Notes under the pieces: generated by a model
Database searches by the model: none
Seen by the model: the letters and a program-made list of their open reading frames with translations, nothing else
What the model was told of the DNA's origin: nothing
DNA from: Podarcis erhardii
Lineage: Eukaryota
DNA length: 64,000 nt
Direction: 5' to 3' (one strand)
NCBI GenBank assembly: GCA_964252035.1
Contig: OZ176203.1
Translations under genes and position numbers: made by a program
In this document: one piece after another, positions 37,901-50,600 of the stretch
How positions within the stretch are numbered: position 1 is the first letter of the stretch
Layout of the letters: the number at the start of each line of letters is the position of its first letter

Positions 37901-39914
37901 TCATAAAAGAGAATAGAGGGGCGGTGGCGGAATTGGGCTTGATTATTACACCAGCTCCAGGCTACTGCATCAATTTATCTCCTCCTGCTTCTACCCCATT
38001 AAGCGCCACCAGGCAGCACCTAAGTCCATGTACTGTATATCCCACCTTTCTTGCAAGGAGCTGCATGTGGTTTTCTCCACACACCCCAAAACCACTTTAT
38101 GAGGTAAGTTAGACTAAGAGACTGGCCTGAGGTGGTGACCCAGTGAGCTTCAGGGCAGCATAGCTCTTTGAACTTGCGTCCAACACGCTTAACCACTACA
38201 CCACACTGACTGCTGCGCCTTTTCTGCACTTCTGTGGAAAATGGAATATAAATGCAGCACAGGGCTGCTTGTACAATTTACTCCATGCTTGGCAGAGTCT
38301 TCGTTGGCAGCGTTGTATTGTCTGTATTCTGCCTCGCCTGTATAGGGATCTGATGTCTTTAATGATGATGGCTTCACTCACCATTAAATCACCATGGTAC
38401 AATACAGCAACCAAACTTTTTCTACCATGTGTCTGTTACAAGCGCAGGAGCCCTTATTATTAGAATCATAGAATCATAGAGTTGGAAGAGACCACAAGGG
38501 CCATCGAGTCCAACCCCCTGCCAAGCAGGAAACACAATCAGAGCACTCCTGACATATGGTTGTCAAGCCTCTGCTTAAAGACCTCCAAAGAAGGAGACTC
38601 CACCACACTCCTTGGCAGCAAATTCCACTGTCGAACAGCTCTTACTGTCAGGAAGTTCTTCCTAATGTTTAGGTGGAATCTTCTTTATTGTAGTTTGGAA
38701 CCATTGCTCCGTGTCCGCTTCTCTGGAGCAGCAGAAAACAACCTTTCTCCCTCCTCTATGTGACATCCTTTTATATATTTGAACATGACTATCATATCAC
38801 CCCTTAACCTCCTCTTCTCCAGGCTAAACATGCCCAGCTCCCTTAGCCGTTCCTCATAAGGCATCGTTTCCAGGTCTTTGACCATTTTGGTTGCCCTCCT
38901 CTGGACACGTTCCAGTTTGTCAGTGTCCTTCTTGAACTGTGGTGCCCAGAACTGGACACAGTACTCCAGGTGAGGTCTGACCAGAGCAGAATACAGTGGC
39001 ACTATTACTTCCCTTGATCTAGATGCTATACTCCTATTGATGCAGCCCAGAATTGCATTGAGTCAGTAGAAGGCACAGTTAGAGAAGCATTAGTACTACC
39101 TCCCATCTCCCCCACTACACATTTTCTGTTACACCCATCTGTCTAAATTTGCTGTTTTTAAAAGGAAAAAATTGTGATGACCTGAGCTTTTCCTTTTCTT
39201 CTGCTCTCTCCCTCTCTAGAGTCTAGTGGTGTTTAGAAAAGGACTTCTGTTCAGGATGACTCTTCTGTTATCTGGAGGAGCCACCATGCTGTATGTGCGC
39301 TGGCGGATTATGGGCACAGGACCACCGGCGTTTACTGAAGTGGATAACCCAGCTTCATTTGCAGACAGTATATTTGTGAGGGTAAGTGGCAAAGGCATTG
39401 CTTTTCAGTGAGCTAACTAATTAAGAACTATAAAAAAAAAAAAAGCGGAGGGGCCATGTGTCGTTTCCAGAACAAATGCTTTGTACATAGCAAGTTCTCC
39501 CATTCAGTTTCTGGCAACTCCCAAGGGTAGGCTTGCAAAAAGGCTTTTGTGGACTGCTGCCAGTCAGAGTAGACAGTACTGGACTAGATGAACCAGCAGT
39601 CTGATTGGGCATCAGGCAGCTTTGTGTGTTCATACATAGCTTACAAGAGTTGAACCATCAAAGTGGTAAAAGCGTCGTTCCTTGAGGGTGCTGAATGAAT
39701 GATGCTTTTAGAATATGAATCTTTTAAATCGGGTGTGGAACCTTATTCAGTCCAATGTCTACATTGCTTATGGGCAACTTCTGACAGCCACACACCAGTT
39801 GTGGACAGAGCCGGGGGCAGAAAGGGGTAGAGGAACGAACATGACTCTTGACCTTGTACAGTGGGTTACATTCCAGCTATGCAAAAGCCAGAAGTTTACA
39901 CACACACACACACC

Positions 39915-39968
<54 letters not shown>

Positions 39969-42900
39969 TTATTATTTATACCCCGTCCATCTGGCTGAGT
40001 TTCCCCAGCCACTCTGGGTGGCTTCCAATCAAGTGTTAAAAACAATACAGCATTAAATATTAAAAACTTCCCTAAACAGAGCTGCCTTCAGATGTCTTTT
40101 AAAGATAAGATAGCTACTTATTTCCTTCATATCTGAAGGGAGGGCGTTCCACAGGGCAGGCGCCACTACCGAGAAGGCCCTCTGCCTGGTTCCCTGTAAC
40201 CTCACTTCTCGCAATGAGGGAACTGCCAGAAGACCCTTGGCGCTGGATCTCAGTGTCCGGGCTGAACGATGGGGGTGGAGACGCTCCTTCAAGTATACAG
40301 GACCGAGGCCGTTTAGGGCTTTAAAGGTCAGCACCAACACTATGAATTGTGCTCGGAAACGTACTGGGAGCCAATGCAGATCTCTCAGGACCGGTGTTAT
40401 GTGGTCCCGGTGGCCACGTCCCTCTCCCTTCCAAGCACATGAAGCATTACCACAGTTCAAGGTGCTCTCATTCCAGCAAGGCAAAAGCACCCAAGGAGGG
40501 TGTCCCTCCCTCTCTGGGGTCAGAGGCAGATTTTGGGTAGTGCAAGTAGTGTGGTCACACTGGGCACACAGGCGAGGAGGGCACCTTCTCAAAACCCAGT
40601 GAGTGCTAACCTGGCTTCGGGAAGGTGTGACAGGGTCCTAGATAGTGATGTGCGGTGAAATTTTTCATAGGGGAAAAGTTAGGACCAGAGGACCAGCTTG
40701 TGAAGGTGATTGTGTGTGGTATGTCGCGACATCGTGCGTGTGAGCATCGTTCCTCCCTCCCTAAGCCAGGCAGAATCATAGAATCATAGAGTTGGAAGAG
40801 ACCACAAGGGCCATCGAGTCCAACCCCCTGCCAAGCAGGAAACACCATCAGAGCACCCCTGACATATGGTTGTCAAGCCTCTGCTTAAAGACCTCCAAAG
40901 AAGGAGACTCCACCACACTCCTTGGCAGCAAATTCCACTGTCAAACAGCTCTTACTGTCAGGAAGTTCTTCCTAATGTTTAGGCGGAATCTTTTTTCTTG
41001 TAGTTTGGAACCATTGCTCCGTGTCCGCTTCTCTGGAGCAGCAGAAAACAACCTTTCTCCCTCCTCTATGTGACATACTTTTATATATTTGAACATGGCT
41101 ATCATATCACCCCTTAACCTCCTCTTCTCCAGGCTAAACATGCCCAGCTCCCTTAGCCGTTCTTCATAAGGCATCGTTTCCAGGCCTTTGACCATTTTGG
41201 TTGCCCTCCTCTGGACACGTTCCAGTTTGTCAGTGTCCTTCTTGAACTGTGGTGCCCAGAACTGGACACAGTACTCCAGGTGAGGTCTGACCAGAGCAGA
41301 ATACAGTGGCACTATTACTTCCCTTGATCTAGATGCAATACTCCTATTGATGCAGCCCAGAATTGCATTGGCTTTTTTAGCTGCCGCGTCACACTGTTGG
41401 CTCATGTCAAGTTTGTGGTTAACCAAGACTCCTAGATCCTTTTCACATGGCTGCACACCACTGGTCCTAGAGTCCTCCTGCCTCCTTCCCAAGCCAGACA
41501 AGTGATTACTGGGCTTCGGGAAGGAGGTAGGAGGGCTGTGGAACCCTGTCAGAGCCTCGTGCCTCTTGCCCAAAGCCCAGCTTAAGCCGGCACCACAAGG
41601 GGGGCATATTACCAAGGTCTCCCCACACCTTTTTTTTTAAAAAAATTAATGCTCACCTATGGATCAGGGGATTTTTTTTTGTTTTGGAAATGTCTAATTC
41701 AAAGTGAATGGCTCTGCTGGATCTACCTCAGTCTGGTTAGATTAATGATACAGAACTGTCTTGATCTGAGTAGCCGTAGTTTTTCAGTCACATATGTTCT
41801 CTATGCTTTGACCTCTGGAGCTGCATAAGGCAGAGCTCACTGTTAGGTGCTGAAGCAAAAGAACTTTGAGCAAAAGCCAGAAGTGGGATATTGCCAGTGG
41901 CACACACTGGATTGTAACCATACAAGCTTTCCTAGAAAGGAATATTCTTTTGGGTAGCCAAATTTGTATGGTGTGGAGCAGGGGACAGCAGAACATGCAA
42001 TTACACTGAGATAACGTTAATTAACTTACATTTGATTAGGCTCGAGTCTTGGAGCCAATAAGTGTTTTATCTGATAAACAGTTTTGTTAAAGAGGAGGCT
42101 TAAATAAAAACTAGGCGATCTGAAAAAGTAGTAGTGATTTTACCCCCTTCCCCCCTTCCTAACAGCCTCTTAAAGTTCAGTATGAAGTAAATGTTTGTTT
42201 TTCCTTTGACTGACAGGCTATAAACTATAATTACTACTATTCGTTGAATGCATGGTTGCTGCTGTGTCCCTGGTGGCTGTGTTTTGATTGGTCAATGGGC
42301 TGCGTGCCCCTTATTAAATCAGTCAGTGACTGGAGAATAATTGCACTAGCAGTTCTTTGGTTCTGCCTAATTGCTCTGATGTGCCAAGCCTTGTGCTCAG
42401 AAGACAGCCAGAAGAGAAGGTAAACGACATTATTGTATTTTAAATTTCTAATTGGGTTTTCTTATTTCCAGCACTCTTCATCTTCCTCCTCTTCCTTTTT
42501 TTAAAAAATAACAACAAATCAGTGGAATCAATATACCTTGGCAAACCCAGTTCAAATAAATATTTATAGCTCCAACTTGCATTCTCTTCCCAATTTGGCT
42601 CCATCATTTTTTTACACTGACTATGGGGAGGCAAACTTGTAAAAGGGAGGTACGGATGGCTGCTTTATGTTCTTTCTGAAATGGCATTTTCAGATCCTTA
42701 ACTCTGTAGGGGGTAAAAAGTAATTTGTGGTCAGAATAAAGTGTAATTGAAGTATGTTGTTTTCCTTCGCCTCTTTCCACAATGTTTCTTTTGTTAATAA
42801 TAATAATAATAAAACCCTTAAGAAAAAAACTTTTAGAAAAAAAATGGTTCTGGCTGTTGATTAAAAAAATAAAATGCTGTCCCAGAGTGATTACTCTTCA

Positions 42901-44633
42901 TCAGTAAACAGTCAGAGAGAAAATAATATGGGGTGGGCTAGGGGAACCCCTGTCGTTTTACAGAAATGAAAGTTGCTTTAAGAGGATGAAACAATATTTT
43001 TTGAGAAGATATTACAGGTGTTGTTCTGGTGTTCTTGAACCAAACATTTAATCCTTTTAATTGGCAAAAGTGCACCTTGTTCAAATTGGCCTTTTATTCC
43101 TCCACAAGGATGCTTGCTAATCTTGATCCAGCTTTTCCCTTTAAAAATAAATAAAAACAAAACCTAATAGTGCTTCTGAGTCTTAATAGCAGTTCATGTG
43201 CATTATTTCCATATTTTTACAACAGTCCTGCAAGGTAGTATTTATTCCTGCGAAATAGTGGCTTGCCTAAGGTGTGAGCTTTGAACCAGCAGTGTCACAG
43301 CTTGCACTCTTAACCCCTGTGCTGGTTGCCATCTTTTTGGTTTGCGTACAACACATAGATGTGATTACATTTTGCATTTTTGCTTCAGGAATTTTTCACT
43401 TAAGATACCTTGGATCCCCTGCCCCCTCATTTTCCTTGGCAGATCCTTAAAAGTTTCTTTTTGTTTGTATGCTAATATTTGGATGATAAGCTATCAAAAT
43501 ATTTTCTTCCATACATGTGTTCCTGGATGATATCCAGAATGCACAAACACAACAGTATCCTGGAATCACAGAAAGGAGACCTGACATAAACATGGATTTT
43601 TGCAGTTAATCATTTGTGCTTGTGTATAGTGGGGGGAAGGGGACGCGGGTGGCACTGTGGGTTAAACCACAGAGCCTAGGACTTGCCGATCAGAAGGTCG
43701 GCGGTTCGAATCCCCGCGATGGGGTGAGCTCCCGTTGCTCGGTCCCTGCTCCTGTCAACCTAGCAGTTTGAAAGCACGTCAAAGTGCAAGTAGATAAATA
43801 GGTACCGCTCCGGCGGGAAGGTAAACGGCATTTCCGTGCGCTGCTCTGGGTCGCCAGAAGCGGCTTAGTCATGCTGGCCACATGACCCAGAAGCTGTACG
43901 CCAGCTCCCTTGGCCAATAAAGCGAGATGAGCGGCGCAACCCCAGAGTCAGCCACGACTGGACTTTATGGTCAGGGGTCCCTTTACCTTTACCTATAGTG
44001 GGGAGAAAGCAAAGCAGATACACATGATCTGTGGTAAACCATAAAGTAGGAAGAACTCTTGTGCCCAGTGATACCAGTGGTAAAACAGTAATTATACTGT
44101 AGAGACATTTTGCTAAAAACTAGACCCTGATGCCACAAGGAAATACTTTGTGTCTGTTAGTGTTTCTCATTATACATACTAAATATCAGGAGAATCTAAA
44201 AAACAGTTATAACTTGTTGCCCTTATGACAGAAGTGGGGATTAAATCTACAGGCATGGGGGCTTCTCCAGAGTGAATTAAACTTACCAAATCACAGGTGG
44301 GCAGTTCCAGGGGGTCTTGTGCAGGACAACTTTTTAAAATGTGACATTTTAAACAAAGAAAAGGTCAATAACACTTTCATTTTCTTCCAGAAATTGACTG
44401 AAACCAGCACATCCATATTAGCTTCATAATTTTGAGGAGGGAGTGGGGGGTTGCCTCTCTTGATTACCTTAAAATAACCTTTATTAGCAGCTTCATAGCG
44501 GTTGGCTTAACGTTCTTGTGCTTGTGTCCTCCTATAGATAGACATTACAAGGCGCAAGTGTTCAGAATAGTGCCTGTGGAATGCTGAAGCACTCGAGAGG
44601 ATTCCCACCCCCACCCAAGCAACACAGTGGTCT

Positions 44634-44671
<38 letters not shown>

Positions 44672-47600
44672 AAATGAAGCATCTTACTTAAAAAAAATAA
44701 AATCTTCAGCTGATCTGCTTCCAACAACAACAAAATCACCCAGAGCACTTTAGTGCTTCACAGATAGCATTCTGAACAGTCTTGCTTTTTGCAAAGCCCA
44801 TGGACCTAGGGAAACATATGGGCATGGGGGGAAACATAGAAATATAGTTTACACAAAGTAGAGTACAAAAACTATAGAGCAGCAGAGCAACATGAGGTCT
44901 TATGGGGGGAGTGACTGGGTGCTTTGGTGACCCTGTGGTCCAGCTCAGGGAGTGGTGAAATCACCTCAGTTCACCTCATTATTGAGCCCCAGCAAAGAGC
45001 TGCTATACACCCCTACTAAATACTCCCCTTCCCATTTAGGTAAACGCTTCAAAACCAGGGCTTCCCATGCATATTTAGAATGTTTAGATTGAGTACATTA
45101 TGTTAAACTTTGGATCACCAAACTATTACATGGCAAGCACATGGACATCATTAACACAACTCCTGAATTTCTTAGTCTTTTCCAACATGACCTTTAGTGA
45201 TACGAGATCTTCCACTGAGTAGTTCCTTCTCACCCTGCTTAGTAACATCAGAAATCTACAGGTTTCCCCACAGAGGAGCCCATGCAGCAGTTCCTTCTTG
45301 CAACAGCATTACCATTCCTGGGAAGATATTAGTATTTCTGATGTCGCTGAATGGAATTTAGCATGGATTCTAAAGATTCCATGCTAAAAAGACAGAATTC
45401 AAACAGATTCTTTGGAACCCCAGCTTTTTACATGCAGATACTAAGTTGTAGCATAAAAATATCATAAGAAGTCATGATTGCGTTGTTCATCCTGTAACTT
45501 ACTTTCTGCCTTCCAGAATCCTGACATTGGGTTTGGGATTTCTCATCATCCCTTTCCTTCCTGCAAGTAATCTGTTCTTTCGAGTTGGATTTGTTGTTGC
45601 AGAAAGAGTAACCTACCTCCCAAGTATTGGCTATTGCATGCTGATTACATACGGATTCAGTCTATTGAGCAGACAAGCTAAAAAAAAGGTACTGACAAAA
45701 GGATCCATATAACTGACAACAGGTATACATACACACACAGCTTTAAACTGTGGTTCCTAACATGTGTTTCTTCTCTCCAAGAAATTTCTTGTTGCTGCTC
45801 TGCTGGGCCTCTTGTTGGTAAATGTGTGGCGTTGTGTTATCCGCAGTAACCAGTGGAGATCTGAAGAACAACTTTTTAGGAGTGCTTTGTCTGTGTGTCC
45901 ACTGAATGCAAAAGTAAGTTTTGGAGTAATATGCATTAGCCATATGCATTGCACTCTGTAAAGGCAAATCCCTATTTTGAAGTAAAACTTTGAACAAATG
46001 TAAAGGAAATTAAAAATCTGAAAGTGTTTTCTTTTAAGTCATTCCCCACACCACCAAGTAAGTTCAAAAACTATTTTTTGTTCCTTTGTCATTTGGATCT
46101 GAAATGCAGCTACATCCCTGTGGTACATTCCTGTGTGCCTTTCCCATCCTTTAGAGCAGTGTTCCCCAACCTTGGGTCTCCAGCTGTTTTCGGACTGCAA
46201 TTCCCATCATCCCTGACCACTGGTCTTGTTAGCAAGGGATGATGGGAGTTGTAGTCCAAAAACAGCTGGAGACCCAAGGTTGGGGAACACTGCTTTAGAA
46301 TACTGGTCTTCAACTGGTGTGTTGGGAGCTACTACCAGGTTGCAGCCTGATGCAAGGTTGGTTGCAGCCGCAGCACTACCGCCATACAAACATAAGAAAG
46401 AAAGAGAAACAGGTCCCCAAACAATCTTTAGTTAAAGGTGGGTCCTGGGTCCGAAAAGACTGGTGAATACTAATTCAGATCAGGGGAGGAGGAAGGGGGG
46501 TGCATTCGGTGCGGGCCGCCCCGGGTGTTACCACTGAGGGAAGTGACAAAATGCCAGGCAGAACTCACCGCGGGGCCTGCAGTATGTCCGAGCCACACAG
46601 GCAGGCTGCCTCCCTACCCATAGGGTGGCTGAGTGGGAGGAAGCAGGCAGATTCAGGAGCCCCGCGGTGTGCCCTGCCCTCGCCCTGCCCCTATGGGTGG
46701 CTCGCCCCGCCCCTATGGGCGCGCTACCCCAGGTGCCTGAGCGGCTTCCTCCGCCACTGATTCAGATCCCTGATTCAAGTGCCAGGTTACCTGGTCTTAA
46801 TTTAAGTGGTCATATGCTGGTTTGCAGCCCAGGTTTCCAAGCTGGGCTTATAGGAATGGCAATTGAAGAAATCAGACTGCTTTGCTTAACTCCCGAGCAA
46901 AACTATCAGTCCCAGTAAAGATGCAACCTTAAAAGTTATCCCGCGCAGAGGATTTCTTTTACTGTGGCGTTTAATGGCAGGAATGAGCATAAGAGGATCA
47001 CAGACAATTCAAGATCTGTATTGTTCTTTGCATGCATAATGCTGCTCTGGAAATCAGGTCAATCCCTGCTTTTATGCATTATTAAAAGCAGTTGTGGGAT
47101 ATAAAAAAGTAAGCAACAGTGTATCACATTTGCCTAGCATTAAAGTTGAATTGGTTCATGAATGAGCTTGGCAATCCATATCCTTTTCTCAGTCCGTATC
47201 TGTTTCTCAGGGCTTAGCTTATGCAGAAAAGTTAAAACACCTGAACTAGAAATTTTCTAGCCTATGCTTTATTCTAAAAGGTGATGATTCATTGAATTTA
47301 TGTCTCACATTTCCTACTGAAAGATAGCAAAAGGCCATTTACTGTGTTTGGTAAGCCAAAAAAAGTACACAAAATCTGAAGTTTAAGACCCAAAGCAAAC
47401 AAAATGTTCAGTATCGCCAGTATTTGCAGCCAATTTTGAAAAACCTGTAGGGCACTTACAAAGAATTGGATGCTACAGATTTCCATCTCTCTTATAAACT
47501 GATTTCCCTAGGGTTCCTTAGGGAGACGGAATGGAGGAAATATAATAGTTCAATATATGGCTGTTGTGTATCGCATTTGTTTTTCAGGAGCGGTAATCTT

Positions 47601-50600
47601 TGTGGATCTAGGGAACACATTGTCCCTGATTGTTTTGGGAGTGGGCAGGAGCTGTTTAGCCCACTTATTCAGGAGGAATAAGGGCATGCAGACAGGAGCA
47701 CTGTATTGGCTCTGTCACTGCCCATGTAGACAGAACAGCACTGCTGCAGCTCCACCCCATGGTTGAACCGTTCCTTTTTCTCACACAACAAAATGCAGCT
47801 ATACCTCTTCCACACTCTGTGGTACATAGTGTTTCACACTTCCTTATTGTAGAATGCTTGTAAAAGATGTAGCTAGATCTCTGGCTTCTGTTTCCTCAAT
47901 TGTGTATATGGCAGTTTCCTTTTTGTTTTAATTCGGAAAACCTAAGGTCTGTTTGGAGTTGGATGTACAGTGGTACCTCAGGTTAAGTACTTAATTTGTT
48001 CCGGAGGTCCGTTTTTAACCTAAAACAGTTCTTAACCTGAAGCACCACTTTAGCTAATGGGGCCTCCTGCTGTTGCCGGAACACAATTTCTGTTCTCATC
48101 CTCAAGCAAAGTTCTTAACCTGAGGTAATATTTCTGGGTTAGCGGAGTCTGTAACCTGAAGCATATGTAACCTGAAGCGTATATAACCCGAGGTACCACT
48201 GTGCTGTATGGTGTGCACGTAGGATTTCCTGTTTGTGGAATGATGTCCCTGGGAGATTTAGCAGGTGCCTTCATTATACACCTTTAGGCACCAAGCAAAA
48301 ACATTTTTCTTCAACCAGGCCTTCAGCTTGTTACATCTGATACCCTTTCAAACATGTTGTGGGAGGAGATCAGCAGCTTATTTACTTATTGAATTTATTA
48401 TTGGTTTGTTTTTGTTCTATTATTATGAGTTTTGCTTTTTAATTTTATATTTTTATGTTGTGAACTGCTCTGAGATAAACAGATGGAGGGCGGTATACAA
48501 ATAAAATAAAAGTATACCCTTCTTTCACATTGTGTTTCAAGGTGCTCTTGGCAGGGAAAAGTGATTCATTAGTTGCCATCGTGTAACCAATTGCTTTGTT
48601 ACACTTGTTTGGCAGTGGGAATGGTATTTGCTGGTAAGTAAAAATAGAGTGATCGGGCCTTAGCTGGTATACAGTGGTGCCCCGCAAGACGAACGCCTCG
48701 CAAGACGGAAAACCCGCTAGACGAAAGGGTTTTCCGTTTTGGAGGCGCTTCGCAAAACGAATTTCCCTATGGGCTTGCTTCACAAGACGAAATGTCTTGC
48801 GAGTTCCTGCAAGTTTCCCCCCTTTCTCCCCCCTTTTCCTAAGCTGCTAAGCCGCTTATCAGCTGATCCGCTGATAAGCCGCTTATCAGCTGATCCTCTA
48901 AAAGCCGCTAAACCGCTAACAGCGCTAATCCGCTAAGCTGTCAATGGGCTTGCTTTGCAAGACGAAAAAACCGCTATACGAAGAGCCTCACGGAACGGAT
49001 TAATTTCGTCTTGCGAGGCACCACTGTACAAACATGTTGGGATGCCTGGACTAGTTGGCTCGGGATGCTGCTGCCACAACCAACAATGTATACTCCTTCC
49101 CTCTTCTGTGGCCAATATCAGCATGCTAAGCGAAGGCATAGGCACCAACACTGGTTAATACCATTAACCTATGATGCTGAAGTAGGCCTAGGTCCAGTAC
49201 AAGGAGAGGCAGGTTTCTACGTCCATTTTGGGCCTGCTGTGGACTCAACTGCATGCCCCCCGCATCTAAAAGAGTTCTTCCAGAAACCTGCAGGGCTGAA
49301 ATTTGCAGAGTCAGCAGAAGATCGAGTAGTTCAAATATTTTGTTCGCTGACCTACAACTTTCTGTAAATATTAGTGTTGGAAATTTAAAAAACTCATTCA
49401 ACCAAAACGTATCAGAACCAATAGGCATGAATTTTCAGTTGGATAAATGTTTGGTGAACTTCAAAGTTGCTGAAGACTTGCATTTTCACTGGGATGTTTG
49501 TTCTCTGATTATTATTTTCTTCTCTCTAATTCTTGTGTCATATTCCCTTCAGCTACATTTTTTATTTTTCCTGGCAGCTGTTGATGCTATTTGAACATAC
49601 CATGACTGTGTTAAAAGCCTAATGGAGTCCCTGCTATATATCCTACCTCATACTATCACTGTGTAAGGAAAGAGATAACATTGTGGGCCCATACAAACAA
49701 TGTTGAGCCTAGCCCTGAACTTCAGAGGCTTGACTCAGCATCAGCTTTGGAAAAAGGGGTCAAAGCACAAATGTTGTTTTTATTTCAAGCCATCCCCTTC
49801 TTGAAGCTTGACACATCACTGTAAATTATGCATATTATTCAAAGAAGGTTGCACTTACCTTGACCTGTGGTATATATATTTATAAACAAAAGTAAGATGC
49901 TTTGTTAAACCATAAATCTATTTTCAAAATTGCAGAGATAAATGCTGCAATATTAGTATCTAAGAGTAATAAAAGTCTGGAACAATTAATACATTTCTGG
50001 CCTTTACTTTCAGGTTCATTATAATGTTGGCAAAAACCTGGCTGATAAAGGCAACCAAACAGCTGCAATCAACTATTACAGGGAAGCTGTCAGGTACGTG
50101 CTAGTTTACTGTTTAAAAGGGGAACAGGGAAGTGTCCCACAATGAATGCAAACAAACAAACTGTGAAAAAGACTCTATGAACTGAAAGTGGCGACACTAT
50201 ATGCACTTTTCCTTTTTTTTTTCAATTTGTTTGTTACACAAGAAAATCTTTAATAAAAACTGATTTAAAAGAGGAACAGGAAAAAATATTCAGAATATTG
50301 CATTTATTGGCCTATAAAAGAGAGCCTGGAAGACATGACATCTCAATGTACTGTTTAAAATAAATTAATTTTATTAGAATTATTCAAAAGATAATTTAAT
50401 CCATGAGGGGCAGGGAATGAAAGTAGCTTAGAACACTATTGGTTAGGAAAATGTGCACAGTGTGAGTAAAAATGTTGGCGATGAAACACAGGGGGAAATT
50501 GTGAGGTGGTCCCATCCCAATCCAGATTTGGGTAGTTGCTGAAAAAGTAGAAAATACGATAATTAAATTTCAATCCAATATTTTTGTTGTTAGGAGATAG

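Noticed and set aside
39715-40056. ORF with a poly-Ile run
   Set aside because: Artefact of the (AAT)18 microsatellite tail of an L2 element.
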